Source: an uncultured Gammaproteobacteria bacterium (GTDB lineage: Bacteria; Pseudomonadota; Gammaproteobacteria; UBA9214). From it: a stretch of DNA of 64,000 nucleotides. Under the pieces are notes generated by a model. It was not told the DNA's origin, did no database searches, and saw nothing but the letters and a program-made list of their open reading frames with translations. Location: contig CAWHCQ010000035.1 of the NCBI GenBank assembly GCA_963827755.1, positions 32,001-96,000 on the forward strand, written 5' to 3'. Of the stretch, positions 1-11,383 are shown one piece after another (the first letter of the stretch is position 1; each line of letters starts with the position of its first letter). Made by a program: the position numbers and the translations under genes.

Positions 1-240
1 GGGCTGTTCACGCGTCGGCAAACGGTAGCTGGCACGCAGCCGCTCGACCAGTGCCACCAGTGCCGCCTCGTCATCCAGCGCCACCGCGTGCTTCAATGCC
101 GCCTGTGCCAGCAAGCGATACAGCGCCCCGCTGTCGAGATGATGCCAGCCAAGCGCGTCCGCCAGCTGCAGGCTGACGGTGCCCTTGCCGGAACCACTGG
201 GACCATCGACGGTAATGACGGGTGCTGTTTCCATAATCAT
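1..240 (-). CDS. cmk: cytidylate kinase, 5' part (runs off the window)
   Basis: Manual translation from ATG at 240 gives [45 protein letters not shown] (Cmk P-loop and LDSGALYR motif). It follows aroA as usual. Confidence 0.93.
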   Translation of the reverse strand, partial: MIMETAPVITVDGPSGSGKGTVSLQLADALGWHHLDSGALYRLLAQAALKHAVALDDEAALVALVERLRASYRLPTREQP

Positions 241-248
241 AATTCCCT

Positions 249-327
249 GACGGGTACGCTGCGCTTTACCCGTCCTACCTGTACACCTTATTTAGGATGG
301 GTAAAGGAGCAAAGCGACGTACCCATC
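249..327. repeat. REP-like doublet, family A (GTAGGAYGGGTAAAG...GTACCCRTC)
   Basis: Two inverted palindromic units. A near-identical doublet occurs at 50811-50893 in the opposite orientation. Confidence 0.8.
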
Positions 328-342
328 AAACTCTCCGTGGCA

Positions 343-1659
343 TCAACGCACATCGATCAGCAGACCTGCATTACCGGCCTGCTCGACAAAACCCGGAAAG
401 GATGTGTTCACGTTGGCGCAATTGCTGATCTCGATCTCACCCCGGGCACGCAATGCGGCCACTGAAAATGCCATGGCAATCCTGTGATCACCGTGACTGT
501 CGACACGGCCGCTGCCCAATGTCCCGCCGTCGATGATCATGCCATCCGCGGTTGCTCCGGCATGGATACCCAGTGCCTGCAACCCATCCGCCATTACCTG
601 GATACGGTCACTTTCCTTCACCCGCAATTCTTCCGCACCGCTGAGTACCGTGCGACCCTGTGCGCAGGCCGCGGCGATAAAAATAACCGGGAATTCATCG
701 ATTGCCAGCGGCACCAGTTCCGCAGGGATATCAATGCCATGCAGTGGTGCGCTGCGAACCCGCAGATCGGCGACCGGTTCACCGCCGATATCGCGTGCAT
801 TGCTGACTTCAATATCGGCGCCCATGCGTTGCAGGATGTCGATAATGCCTGTCCGGGTGGGATTCATGCCAACGTGCTCGAGAGTCAGCTTCGAACCCGG
901 TGCAATGCTCGCGGCGACAAGGAAGAAGGCCGCCGAGGAAATATCCGCGGGTATTTCGATATCGATCCCGCTGAGCGTATGCCCGCCCTCGATGCAGACC
1001 CGCCCCGGCTGCCGCTGAACCGGGTAGCCCATTCCGGCCAGCATGCGTTCGGTATGGTCCCGGGTCGGTGCAGGCTCCGTGACGCAGCTGGTTCCGCTTG
1101 CATAGAGAGCGGCCAGCAGTATGCATGATTTCACCTGTGCACTCGCAATCGGCATCGTGTAGTCAATACCGGTCAGGCCCGTTGCCGCGTGAATCACCAG
1201 CGGTGCCTTACCACCTGCCTGCGTATCGATATGCGCACCCATACTGATCAGCGGCTCGACCACGCGCCGCATCGGTCGAGCGGACAGGGAGGCATCGCCC
1301 GTCAGGGTCGTGGCAAAGGACTGCCCTGCCAGCAGGCCCGACATCAGGCGCATCGAGGTGCCGGAGTTCCCCAGGTAAAGCGGCCCCGGCGGCGCTTGCA
1401 GGCCCCGCAGGCCGACCCCCTGGATACGCACCCGGCCTGCATTCGGCCCGTCGATGCCAACACCCATTTGACGAAAGGCCGCCAGCGTCGCCAGGCTGTC
1501 CTCGCCCTCGAGGAAACCGCTGATGCGGGTCTCTCCTTCAGCCAGCGAACCGAGCATGATGGAGCGATGCGAGATCGACTTGTCACCGGGAACACGCAGG
1601 CATCCGGAGAGCTTGCCGCCGGGCCTGGCAACGAAGTGAACGGGTTTTTCAGTCGACAT
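343..1659 (-). CDS. aroA: 3-phosphoshikimate 1-carboxyvinyltransferase (EPSP synthase)
   Basis: PGDKSISHR, GNSGTSMR, SAQVKS, RDHTE, KESDR and DHRIAM motifs. Confidence 0.97.
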   Translation of the reverse strand: MSTEKPVHFVARPGGKLSGCLRVPGDKSISHRSIMLGSLAEGETRISGFLEGEDSLATLAAFRQMGVGIDGPNAGRVRIQGVGLRGLQAPPGPLYLGNSGTSMRLMSGLLAGQSFATTLTGDASLSARPMRRVVEPLISMGAHIDTQAGGKAPLVIHAATGLTGIDYTMPIASAQVKSCILLAALYASGTSCVTEPAPTRDHTERMLAGMGYPVQRQPGRVCIEGGHTLSGIDIEIPADISSAAFFLVAASIAPGSKLTLEHVGMNPTRTGIIDILQRMGADIEVSNARDIGGEPVADLRVRSAPLHGIDIPAELVPLAIDEFPVIFIAAACAQGRTVLSGAEELRVKESDRIQVMADGLQALGIHAGATADGMIIDGGTLGSGRVDSHGDHRIAMAFSVAALRARGEIEISNCANVNTSFPGFVEQAGNAGLLIDVR

Positions 1660-1676
1660 GCGGGTGGTGTGAATCC

Positions 1677-2537
1677 CTATTTTTCAACAAAACGGTCCCG
1701 CGTCTGCTTGGCGTTTGCAAAACACTCCAGCAGGCGATCACCGTCCTGCGTCCGCACGGCTCGCCGCACACTTTCCAGTTCGCTGATGAAATGCCCGATG
1801 AGCGATTCAATGGCGTCATGATTCGCCAGGCAGATATCACGCCACATTACCGGGTCACTCGATGCAATCCGGGTGAAATCGCGAAAACCGCCTGCCGCAT
1901 ATTCGAACAACTCCGTCTGGTCCGTCATGCGCACGAGGCTGTCCACCAGGGTGAAGGCAAGGACATGCGGCAGGTGACTGGTCGCGGCAAGCACCGCGTC
2001 ATGGTGTTGCGGGTCCATTTCCACGACCTCTGCACCGGCCGCTTCCCACATGGCGCGAACCCGGCCTGTTGCATGCGCATCGGTAACTGCCACGGGCGTG
2101 AGGATAACGCGTCGGTCCCTGTACAGGCCGGCAAGCGAGGCCTCTACCCCGCTTTGTTCAGTGCCGGCAATCGGGTGGCCCGGCACAAAGAAACCCGGCA
2201 CTTCACCGAACACCTGCTTTGCATTATCAAGCACGCTGCCCTTGGCACTGCCGGCATCGGTGAGCACCGCATTTTCGGCCAGCCGCCCCTTGATAGCCCT
2301 GAATACCTGCTGCATGGCGCCGAGCGGTACGGCAACAAGCACCATGTCCGCGCCGCTTACCGCCCTGGCAAGGTCGGTTTCATAGCTGTCGATCACGCCA
2401 AGTTCAAGCGCCTTCTGCAGATGCGCTGCACTGCGGCCCGCGCCGGTGATGTGTTGGCAGTAGCCCGCCTCGCGAAGCGCACGCGCCAGCGAGCCGCCAA
2501 TCAGGCCGACGCCAATTATGCACAAGCGCTCAATCAT
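1677..2537 (-). CDS. tyrA: prephenate/arogenate dehydrogenase
   Basis: GVGLIGGS Rossmann motif, HPIAGTE, HD..LAATSHLPH, GGFRDFTRIA. Confidence 0.93.
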   Translation of the reverse strand: MIERLCIIGVGLIGGSLARALREAGYCQHITGAGRSAAHLQKALELGVIDSYETDLARAVSGADMVLVAVPLGAMQQVFRAIKGRLAENAVLTDAGSAKGSVLDNAKQVFGEVPGFFVPGHPIAGTEQSGVEASLAGLYRDRRVILTPVAVTDAHATGRVRAMWEAAGAEVVEMDPQHHDAVLAATSHLPHVLAFTLVDSLVRMTDQTELFEYAAGGFRDFTRIASSDPVMWRDICLANHDAIESLIGHFISELESVRRAVRTQDGDRLLECFANAKQTRDRFVEK

Positions 2538-3652
2538 GTTCTAACCTTCCCAAGTGCTGCCAGAAAACGGCGATTCTCTTCCTCCAGGCCGACCGTGACA
2601 CGCAGGTGATGCGGCATTCCATAGTTGGCCAGCGGGCGCACAATCATACCTTCCTGCAACAGGTCGTTGTAAACATCCGCGCCCTTGCGTGAAGTCTCGA
2701 AGCTAATAAAATTCCCGGCAGATGCTATATAAGAGAGTCCAAGCCCCTGCAGACCGCTCGCCAGCTGTGCCATACCCAGGCGGTTAAGACGCAGCGTCTC
2801 CTCGATATGGGCATGGTCATCCAGTGCCGCCAGTGCCGCCGCCTGCGCCGGCTGGTTTACGTTAAACGGCTGCCTCACCCGGTTCAGCAGGCCGGCAACA
2901 TCCGGGTGTGACAGCGCATAGCCCACCCTCAGGCCGGCCAGCCCGTAGGCCTTGGAGAAGGTGCGCGTGACGATCAGGTTGGAATAGCGTTGCAGCCAGG
3001 CACTGGTGTCCGGGTAGCGCCGGTCATCTGCATACTCGAAATAGGCCTCATCCACCACGACCATGACATGACCGGGCAGGCCTGCAATAAATTCCTGTAA
3101 CTCGTCTGCATCCAGCCAGGTGCCGGTCGGATTATTCGGATTGGCGATAAACACCAGGCGCGTATTCGGACCAACCAGCTGTTTCATCGCCGCCAGGTCA
3201 TGGCCATAGGCCGGCCCGTGGCTGCCATCATGCGCCGCGGCAACGCGCCCTTGCGCACCGGTTGCCTGCACCACGATCGGGTATACCGCAAAGGCATACT
3301 GTGAATAAACGGCATCATGGCCAGGTGTCAGGAAAACCCTGGCCACCAGGTCCAGCACGTCATTGGAACCGTTGCCCAGGGTGATGCACTCCGGCGATAG
3401 CCGGTGCTTTTGTGCCAGTCGCCCGGCCAGCAGGTAGCCACTGCCTTCAGGATAGCGCGCCATATCCTGCAATGCCCGGCTCGCCGCTGCAACGGCCAGC
3501 GGGCTCGGGCCACAGGGGTTCTCGTTGGAAGCCAGCTTGACGGCATTACGGATACCGTATTCGCGCTCCAGTTCGGCAAGCGGTTTGCCGGGTTGATACG
3601 GCTGCAGCGCTCGCACCCCGGGAGCGGCAAGATCAGTGAAGTGTTTGTTCAT
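2534..3652 (-). CDS. hisC: histidinol-phosphate/aromatic aminotransferase
   Basis: KLASNENP, GNGSND, ANPNNPTG, DEAY, RTFSKAYGLAGLRVG. Confidence 0.94.
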   Translation of the reverse strand: MNKHFTDLAAPGVRALQPYQPGKPLAELEREYGIRNAVKLASNENPCGPSPLAVAAASRALQDMARYPEGSGYLLAGRLAQKHRLSPECITLGNGSNDVLDLVARVFLTPGHDAVYSQYAFAVYPIVVQATGAQGRVAAAHDGSHGPAYGHDLAAMKQLVGPNTRLVFIANPNNPTGTWLDADELQEFIAGLPGHVMVVVDEAYFEYADDRRYPDTSAWLQRYSNLIVTRTFSKAYGLAGLRVGYALSHPDVAGLLNRVRQPFNVNQPAQAAALAALDDHAHIEETLRLNRLGMAQLASGLQGLGLSYIASAGNFISFETSRKGADVYNDLLQEGMIVRPLANYGMPHHLRVTVGLEEENRRFLAALGKVRT

Positions 3653-3685
3653 GCCCTGTTAAATATGAATCACTATTCAGAAAAC

Positions 3686-3757
3686 TGTAGGAGCGGATCT
3701 CATCCGCGATCGGGTTTTACACTGACATTCATATCGCGGATGAGATCCGCTCCTGCA
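3686..3757. repeat. REP doublet, family B (GTAGGAGCGGATCTCATCCGCGAT plus inverted copy)
   Basis: GTAG-headed palindromic unit at 3687-3710 and its inverted copy at 3733-3756. Further copies at 25901-25926 and 42659-42683. Confidence 0.85.
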
Positions 3758-3781
3758 CCAACGGACTGTCCTGTTTTATTG

Positions 3782-4864
3782 CTAGATTACCGCCTTTGGA
3801 TAGGAGCCCAGCACCTTGACCGCAAATGCCTCCTGTCCCAGTGCTTCCAGTGCCTTTGAAATCGATGCATCTTCACGGTGACCTTCGACATCGATGAAAA
3901 ATACATACTCCCACATGCGCTGACGTGACGGCCGTGACTCGATACGCGTCATACTGACGTCGTGCTCCGCCATTGGCTTCAGCAACTTGTACAGCGAACC
4001 CGGCTTGTTATGTACCGATACCAGCAGGGAGGTCTTGTCATGACCACTGGGCAAGACCGCCTGTTTGCCGATCACCAGGAAACGGGTGGTATTGTCCGGC
4101 TTGTCCTCGATGTTGTGCTCGAGGATCGCCAGGCCGTACAAGCCGGCGGCCGTGTCACCGGCAATGGCGGCTGCACCCGGCTCCTCCCTGACCAGGCGTG
4201 CTGCCTCGGCATTACTGCTGACGGCAACGCGTTCCGCATGCGGCAGGTTGGTGTCCAGCCAGCCGCGGCACTGTGCCAGCGCCTGCTGGTGGGCCAGCAC
4301 CCGGCTGATCCTGATTCCGCTGTCCTTGACAAGCAGGTGGTGATGGATACGCAGCTCGACCTCGCCGCAAATATTCAGCGATGAACCCTGGAACAAGTCG
4401 AGGGTATGGCTGATGACCCCTTCAGTCGAATTTTCAACGGGCACCACGCCGTAGTCTGCAGCACCCGCCTCGACTTCGCGGAATACGTCGTCAATCCCGT
4501 CCATGGCAACCGTGTCCACCGAATGGCCGAAGTGTTTTTGTGCGGCCGCCTGGGTAAACGTGCCCTGCGGGCCAAGAAACGCAATCTTCAGGGGCTTTTC
4601 CAGCGCCAGGCACGCGGACATGATCTCCCTGAACAGGCGCACCATTTCCTCAGCCGGCATCGGACCCCGGTTACGTTCACTGATGTTGCGCAGGATCTCG
4701 GCCTCTCTTTCAGGCCGGTAGAAATGACTATCCCCGTCCTCAGCCAGCTTGACGCCGGCTACATCACGCGCACAAGCCGCACGTTCATTGATCAGGTCCT
4801 GGATCTGCTGATCCAGTGCATCGATCCTGACACGCAAGTCATCAAGTTCATTTTTGCCGCTCAT
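3782..4864 (-). CDS. pheA: chorismate mutase/prephenate dehydratase (P-protein)
   Basis: N-terminal AroQ domain (LRVRIDALD..RPERE), LGPQGTF, VPVENSTEG, NTTRF, and ACT domain IESRPS. Confidence 0.96.
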   Translation of the reverse strand: MSGKNELDDLRVRIDALDQQIQDLINERAACARDVAGVKLAEDGDSHFYRPEREAEILRNISERNRGPMPAEEMVRLFREIMSACLALEKPLKIAFLGPQGTFTQAAAQKHFGHSVDTVAMDGIDDVFREVEAGAADYGVVPVENSTEGVISHTLDLFQGSSLNICGEVELRIHHHLLVKDSGIRISRVLAHQQALAQCRGWLDTNLPHAERVAVSSNAEAARLVREEPGAAAIAGDTAAGLYGLAILEHNIEDKPDNTTRFLVIGKQAVLPSGHDKTSLLVSVHNKPGSLYKLLKPMAEHDVSMTRIESRPSRQRMWEYVFFIDVEGHREDASISKALEALGQEAFAVKVLGSYPKAVI

Positions 4865-4960
4865 GTTCCGGGATAACCGTCAGCCTGTATTCGCATTAAG
4901 CAGATAGTAACTGATCATGCGCTGATTGACAGGTCCTGAACCCGGCCCGAGGCACAAAAC

Positions 4961-6125
4961 CTACAGCGCCCTGACATTGAGCACGCCATCAATCCGTGCC
5001 ATCTGTTCCAGGCAGGACGGTTTTACTTCTGTGTCCACGTCAACCAGTGTATAGGCCAGTTCGCCGCGCGACTTGTTCAGCATGTCGAGAATATTCAGGC
5101 CGGCATCGGCTATGCAGGTGGATATCTGCCCGAGCATGTTCGGCACGTTCTCGTTGACAATCGCCAGGCGGTAACCTTCACTACGCGGCATGATCGTTTC
5201 AGGAAAATTGACCGAGTTCCTGACATTGCCGTTTTCCAGGAAATCCCGTACTTCCTCGGCCACCATGACAGCACAGTTTTCCTCGGCCTGCGCAGTCGAC
5301 GCCCCCAGGTGCGGCAAGGTGATCACACGCGGGTGGTTCTTCAGCAGGTTGCTGGGAAAATCGCAAACATAGGCATACACCTTGCCCGCGTCGATTGCCG
5401 CCACGACGGCGGCATCATCGACAACACCGTTACGCGAAAAATTCAGGATCACGGCATTCTTCTTGATTATTTTCAAGCCGTTCTGCATTGATCATATTGC
5501 GCGTCGCGTCAACCAGCGGCACGTGAAACGTCACGTAATCCACTTTCGCCAGCAGTTCCTCGATAGAGGCAGCCTGGATCACCTGGGAAGACATCTCCCA
5601 GGCGCGCCGCACGGTAATATCGGGATCATAGCCGACCACGTTCATGCCCTGTGCGAGCGCGCCATTGGCCACCTGCACGCCGATCGCGCCGAGACCGACC
5701 ACGCCCAGCGTCTTGCCGGGCAGTTCAAAACCGACAAACTGTTTTTTTCCGGCCTCAACGGCCTTGTGTATGGCCTCGTCGTCACCCTCCAGGGAACGCG
5801 CAAAATCCCAGGCCTGGCAAATATTGCGCGAAGCAATCAGCATGCCGGCGATCACCAGCTCCTTGACTGCATTGGCGTTGGCTCCCGGCGCATTGAAAAC
5901 CGGTATGCCCGCCTTGCTCATCACGGCAACCGGGATATTGTTGACGCCCGCACCGGCGCGGCCAATTGCCTTGACCGTTGGCGGCACCTTCATGTCATGC
6001 ATGTTGTAGGAGCGCAGCAGGATGGCGTCCGGGTGTTGCATCTCGGAAGCCACTTCATAGGCGTCACGCGGGAAATGCTCCAGCCCGACCGGGGAAATAT
6101 TATTCAGTGTGAGGATTTTTTGCAT
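4961..6125 (-). CDS. serA: D-3-phosphoglycerate dehydrogenase with C-terminal ACT domain, split by a frameshift near 5475
   Basis: ORFs 5430-6125 (RAGAGVNNIP, GLGAIG) and 4961-5488 (NFSR, PHLGAST, ACT) join if one T is removed at CGG CTT GAA, restoring ERLKIIKKNAV. Probably a sequence error. Confidence 0.88.
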
Positions 6126-6309
6126 GGATCAACGACCACCTGGTATTGAGAAGAAAACTGCTGGTTAGCACCCGGCCGGAAAGCAAGATTCCCGCCAGCA
6201 CGCAAACACGTCAAAGCCGGAATCGTACTGCATCCAGGGGCATCTTGTATTTTCCCGGCGTCTTTGCGTCCCGGCCAGAGAAATTACCTTGTCTATGAAC
6301 GCACACTGA

Positions 6310-7392
6310 CTACCCGTGTGCGCGTTCAAACTCTTTCATGAAATCAATCAGGGCATCGACACCCGCTTCCGGCATGGCATTGTAGATACTGGCGCGCATG
6401 CCACCGACAGAGCGATGGCCCTTGAGATTCAGTAATCCGGCCTGCCCGGCCTGGTCGAGAAAAACACTGTCGAGCTCGTTATCGGCGAGTGTAAAAGGCA
6501 CGTTCATCCATGAACGGCAAGCAACGTCGACCGGGCTGCGGTAAAAACCGGAGTGGTCGATTGCAGCATAAAGACGTTTTGATTTACGCTTGTTGATGTC
6601 TGCCATGGCAGACAAACCACCCTGCTTCTTCAGCCAGTCAAACACCAGCCCGGCAAAGTACCAGCCATACGTGGGGGGTGTATTCAACATCGAGCCGTTA
6701 TCGGCATGCTTCCTGTAGTCGAACATCGATGGTGTCCCGTCCAGGGTGCTGCCAAGGAGATCCTCGCGCACGATCACCACGGTCAAACCGGCAGGCCCGA
6801 TGTTTTTCTGCGCACCGGCGTAGATCAGGCCGTAGCGTGAAACATCCAGCGGACGCGAAAGAATGGTGGACGACATATCAGCGACCAGCGGCACGTCACC
6901 GCTTTCCGGAATCCAGTGGAACTCCACGCCGCCGATTGTTTCATTCGGGGTGTAATGCACATAGGCCGAGTCTGCATCGAGCTGCCAGCCGTCATGCGCC
7001 GGGATGGTTGTAAAGTTCGCGGCTTCGGAGGATGCCGCGACATTGACGCTGCAATAACGGGCGGCCTCGGCGATGGCCTTTTTTGACCAGGCACCGGTAT
7101 TGACATAGTCGGCCTGTGAATGCCCCCGCAGCAGGTTCATCGGAACCATCGCAAACTGGCTGGTCGCACCCCCCTGGAGAAACAGGACACGGTAATCAGC
7201 GGGTATCTGCAGCAACTCACGCAAGTCGGCCTCTGCCCGCTCCGCAATCGACATGAATTCCTTGCCGCGGTGACTCATCTCCATCACCGACATGCCGCTG
7301 CCGTGCCAGTCAAGCAGTTCCTCGCGCGCCTGCTGCAGGACGGCCTTCGGCAGGACCGCCGGCCCGGCGCTGAAATTATAGATTTCTGACAT
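6310..7392 (-). CDS. serC: phosphoserine aminotransferase
   Basis: [40 protein letters not shown]. Confidence 0.97.
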   Translation of the reverse strand: MSEIYNFSAGPAVLPKAVLQQAREELLDWHGSGMSVMEMSHRGKEFMSIAERAEADLRELLQIPADYRVLFLQGGATSQFAMVPMNLLRGHSQADYVNTGAWSKKAIAEAARYCSVNVAASSEAANFTTIPAHDGWQLDADSAYVHYTPNETIGGVEFHWIPESGDVPLVADMSSTILSRPLDVSRYGLIYAGAQKNIGPAGLTVVIVREDLLGSTLDGTPSMFDYRKHADNGSMLNTPPTYGWYFAGLVFDWLKKQGGLSAMADINKRKSKRLYAAIDHSGFYRSPVDVACRSWMNVPFTLADNELDSVFLDQAGQAGLLNLKGHRSVGGMRASIYNAMPEAGVDALIDFMKEFERAHG

Positions 7393-7403
7393 GTACAGGC
7401 CGC

Positions 7404-9983
7404 CTATGAATCAGTTGGGTTGTCCGTATCCGGGACAACGTTCTCTTCGTCGTCGCTGTCCTTGTCCTCAACGACGCGTTCGACACCCACCAGGACTTCA
7501 CCCTTGGTCAGGGAGATCAGCCGAACACCCTGGGTATTGCGGCCCATCAGTGAAATTTCCCTGACCCGGGTACGCACCAGCGTTCCGCCATTGGTTATCA
7601 GCATGACCTCATCACTGTCATCCGCCGGCACGGCACCAACGACCTTGCCATTACGTTTATTCACCTGGATCGCGATTACACCCTGCCCGCCGCGACCGTA
7701 TACCGGGTAGTCATCGGCACGGGTGCGCTTGCCAAAACCATTCTCGGTTGCAGTAAGAACCGGGCTGTCGCTGGCAATGATCAGCGATATGACACGCTGC
7801 TCCTTTTGCAGCTTGATGCCGCGCACACCGCTTGCGGTACGCCCCATGGACCGCACATCAGTTTCCTTGAAACGGATCACCTTGCCGGCATCGCTGAACA
7901 GCATGATATCCTGCGAACCGTCGGTAATCGCCACGTTCACCAGGTAATCACCCTCGCGCAGGTCGATGCCGATAATGCCGTTGGCGCGCGGCCGTGAAAA
8001 ACCGGCCAGCGAGGTCTTTTTCACTGTTCCAAGGGCCGTGGACATGAACACAAACTGGTCCTCGGCAAATTCCCGCACCGGCAGGATCGCGTTGATCCGT
8101 TCGTCCGGCTGCAGTGGCAGCAGGTTGACGATCGGCTTGCCGCGCGCAGTACTTCCAGCCTGTGGCAACTCGTATACCTTCAGCCAGTAGACCTTGCCAC
8201 GACTCGAAAAACATAAAATCGTATCGTGGGTACTGGCGATGAAAAGCTTGTCGATGAAATCCTCTTCCCGGACCCTGGCCGCACTCTTGCCACGTCCACC
8301 GCGGCGTTGCGCCCGGTAGTCGCTCAGGGGCTGGGATTTCGCATAGCCGGCATGTGACAGTGTCACGACCACGTCTTCTTCAGTAATCAGGTCTTCGAGC
8401 GTCAGATCCAGGTGGTCGGTCAGGATTTCGGTACGTCGCTCATCACCAAACTGATCGCGTAGATCGACAAGCTCGTCCCTGATCACCTCCATGAGGCGCT
8501 CGGGATCCTTGAGAATTTCGAGCAGGCCATCGATCAGGTCAAGCAGTTCCTTGTACTCGCCGAGGATCTTGTCCTGTTCCAGTCCGGTCAGCTGGTGCAG
8601 GCGCAGGTCGAGTATTGCCTGGGTCTGCGCATCGGAAAGATGATAACCATCATCCAGCAACCCGAAACCGGCCTCCAGTTCTTCCGGGCGCGAGGCACTG
8701 GCGCTGGAGCGTTCGAGCATGGCCGTGACCATGCCAGGCTCCCAGCTGCGCTGCATCAATGCCTGCTTGGCTTCGACGCGATTGCTCGATGACTTGATCA
8801 GGCGGATGACCTCGTCAATATTCGACAGCGCAACAGCGAGACCTTCCAGGATATGTGCGCGTGCACGGGCCTTGCCCAGTTCAAATACAGTGCGACGCGT
8901 AACAACATCGCGGCGATGGCGGACAAAGGCCTCCAGGCACTGTTTCAGGTTCAGCAGCCGGGGACGGCCATCAACTATCGCCACCATGTTAATACCAAAG
9001 ACATTCTGCAACTGGGTATGCTGGTAGAGGTTATTCAGAACGACCTCTGCGACCTCGCCACGCTTCAGGTCGACGACCATGCGCATGCCGTCCTTGTCCG
9101 ATTCATCACGCAAACCGGAAATGCCCTCGACCTTCTTGTCCTTGACGAGCTCGGCAATTTTTTCAAGCACCCGTGCCTTGTTGACCTGGTAGGGCAACTC
9201 GGTGAAAACAATATGCTGACGCCCCTTGGCATCATCTTCAACATGGTTGCGGGCGCGTACATAGATACGTCCACGGCCCGTCCGGTAGGCCTCGTGTATA
9301 CCGCGCACACCATTGATAATACCGGCAGTCGGAAAATCGGGGCCGGGTACCAGTTCCATCAGGCCCGCGACATCGATATCCGGATTTTCAATCACCGCGA
9401 GGCAGGCATTGATAATTTCGGTCAGGTTATGCGGCGGAATATTGGTGGCCATTCCCACGGCAATACCGGCGGAACCGTTGACCAGCAGGTTGGGAACACG
9501 CGTCGGGAATACCGAGGGCTCGTGCTCGGTCTCGTCGTAGTTCGCTACAAAATCGACTGTTTCCTTGTCGAGGTCGGCGATCAGTTCGTGGGCGATCTTC
9601 GCCATGCGCACTTCGGTATAGCGCATGGCCGCCGGTGAATCGCCGTCCACCGAACCGAAGTTACCCTGCCCGTCGACCAGCATGTAGCGCAGTGAAAACG
9701 GCTGCGCCATGCGTACGATCGTGTCGTAGACCGCCGTATCACCGTGCGGGTGATACTTACCAATCACATCACCGACGATACGTGCCGATTTTTTATAGGG
9801 CTTGTTCCAGTCGTTGTTTAGCACGCTCATCGCAAACAGGGCGCGGCGATGGACCGGTTTCAGACCATCACGCACATCCGGCAGCGCACGCCCGATAATC
9901 ACGCTCATGGCGTAATCCAGGTACGACTGCTTCATCTCGTCTTCGAGATTGACGGGGACTATTTCTTTTGCGAAATCGGTCAT
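7404..9983 (-). CDS. gyrA: DNA gyrase subunit A
   Basis: [29 protein letters not shown], and GyrA-box QRRGGRG. Confidence 0.98.
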   Translation of the reverse strand: MTDFAKEIVPVNLEDEMKQSYLDYAMSVIIGRALPDVRDGLKPVHRRALFAMSVLNNDWNKPYKKSARIVGDVIGKYHPHGDTAVYDTIVRMAQPFSLRYMLVDGQGNFGSVDGDSPAAMRYTEVRMAKIAHELIADLDKETVDFVANYDETEHEPSVFPTRVPNLLVNGSAGIAVGMATNIPPHNLTEIINACLAVIENPDIDVAGLMELVPGPDFPTAGIINGVRGIHEAYRTGRGRIYVRARNHVEDDAKGRQHIVFTELPYQVNKARVLEKIAELVKDKKVEGISGLRDESDKDGMRMVVDLKRGEVAEVVLNNLYQHTQLQNVFGINMVAIVDGRPRLLNLKQCLEAFVRHRRDVVTRRTVFELGKARARAHILEGLAVALSNIDEVIRLIKSSSNRVEAKQALMQRSWEPGMVTAMLERSSASASRPEELEAGFGLLDDGYHLSDAQTQAILDLRLHQLTGLEQDKILGEYKELLDLIDGLLEILKDPERLMEVIRDELVDLRDQFGDERRTEILTDHLDLTLEDLITEEDVVVTLSHAGYAKSQPLSDYRAQRRGGRGKSAARVREEDFIDKLFIASTHDTILCFSSRGKVYWLKVYELPQAGSTARGKPIVNLLPLQPDERINAILPVREFAEDQFVFMSTALGTVKKTSLAGFSRPRANGIIGIDLREGDYLVNVAITDGSQDIMLFSDAGKVIRFKETDVRSMGRTASGVRGIKLQKEQRVISLIIASDSPVLTATENGFGKRTRADDYPVYGRGGQGVIAIQVNKRNGKVVGAVPADDSDEVMLITNGGTLVRTRVREISLMGRNTQGVRLISLTKGEVLVGVERVVEDKDSDDEENVVPDTDNPTDS

Positions 9984-10166
9984 CTGGACGGTCTATGCAT
10001 AACCTTATATATCGGGGTTGTCCGGGGCCGCAAACAGCACCTGAGCGCAGCGACGGCTACAAAGACCGACAATTTTAGCACACCCTGCTCCCCCACTACA
10101 CCCGAAAACCAACGGATTCTGGTGCCACTCAGGCGCTCTATCCGAGTTTCAGTGATTTAGACCGAT

Positions 10167-11222
10167 TCAAGCATCGGCCGGCAGGCTGGCATGGAATTTG
10201 TCCAGTTTTGCACGATCGGGCGCCGCGACGACACCCGCCTCCGTCACCAGGTAGTCGACCAGTCCGGCCGGGGTGACATCAAATGCCGGGTTCCAGGCCG
10301 TCGCCCCCGCAGCTGCCAGTGCATGACCGGAGAAGGTCAGTACCTCACTCGCCGGGCGCTCTTCGATGGTCACCTGCCGGCCGTCCGGCATATCCATATC
10401 CAGCGTCGACAGCGGCGCCACCACCATCATTTTCACACCGTGAAAACGACATGCCAGCGCCAGCGAATAGGTCCCGATCTTGTTGATGACGTCACCATTC
10501 GCGGCAACCCGGTCCGCTCCCGTGATGACCCATTGCACTCGCCCGGTCTGCATCAGGAACGCCCCAGCACTGTCCGTAATCAGGATTACCGGGATCTCGT
10601 CGCGGTGAAGTTCCCAGGCCGTCAGGCGCGCGCCCTGCAACCAGGGGCGCGTCTCTCCGGCATACACCTTTGCAAGCTTTCCGGCCGCCCAGGCGCTGCG
10701 TATTACACCCAGCGCAGTGCCGTAACCTCCGGTTGCCAGCGAGCCGGTATTACAGTGCGTCAGGACGGAATCACCCTTATTTACAAGCTTTTCGCCATAT
10801 TCACCCATGCGGTGATTCGCATCGATATCGGCATTGTGTATCTGCCTGGCCTCGGCCAGCAACGCGGCAACCGGGTCGGTATTCTGCCTGGCCAGGCATT
10901 GCTGCATTCGCTGCAACGCCCACACCAGGTTTACGGCGGTGGGCCGGGCCGCCGCCAGGGTGTGAATATCCTGTTGCAGCAGCGCCTGCCAGTTATTCGG
11001 GGACTGCTCGAGATGACGACGTGCCGCCAGCACCACGGCGTAGGCCGCGGTGATCCCGATGGCCGGTGCGCCACGTACAACCATATCCCGGATTGCCCCT
11101 GCCACGGAGCCGGCCTCCGTCAGGCAGAGGTAATGCTCCTCATGCGGGAGACGGCGCTGGTCGAGCAGACGCAGGCCGGCATCGGTCCATTCAATAGCAA
11201 AAAACGAGCTTCGTTTTGACAT
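10167..11222 (-). CDS. mtnA: S-methyl-5-thioribose-1-phosphate isomerase
   Basis: [52 protein letters not shown]. Confidence 0.95.
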   Translation of the reverse strand: MSKRSSFFAIEWTDAGLRLLDQRRLPHEEHYLCLTEAGSVAGAIRDMVVRGAPAIGITAAYAVVLAARRHLEQSPNNWQALLQQDIHTLAAARPTAVNLVWALQRMQQCLARQNTDPVAALLAEARQIHNADIDANHRMGEYGEKLVNKGDSVLTHCNTGSLATGGYGTALGVIRSAWAAGKLAKVYAGETRPWLQGARLTAWELHRDEIPVILITDSAGAFLMQTGRVQWVITGADRVAANGDVINKIGTYSLALACRFHGVKMMVVAPLSTLDMDMPDGRQVTIEERPASEVLTFSGHALAAAGATAWNPAFDVTPAGLVDYLVTEAGVVAAPDRAKLDKFHASLPADA

Positions 11223-11383
11223 CGGCTGTTATTGTCCTTTCCACGCCGGTACGGAATCGGGTATTCTACTGATTCCTTCAGAAAAAAACCGTCATGGGGG
11301 CTGGTTTCGTTCTGAATATGTGTCTAGAATATGCGGCAGGAAAATTTGTTTTCCCAAATCAACAATCCACAGGAGTGGCCAAA

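Noticed and set aside
5455-5495. Programmed frameshift in serA
   Set aside because: There is no canonical slippery heptamer at the junction, and a single extra base explains it, as with the many other indels.
5518-5535. parS-like CACGTGAAAC
   Set aside because: Only a partial match, lying inside serA coding sequence (TFHVP).
6165-6280. Imperfect inverted repeat between serC and serA as a possible riboswitch or attenuator
   Set aside because: Pairing is weak, and I recognised no aptamer motif or leader peptide.
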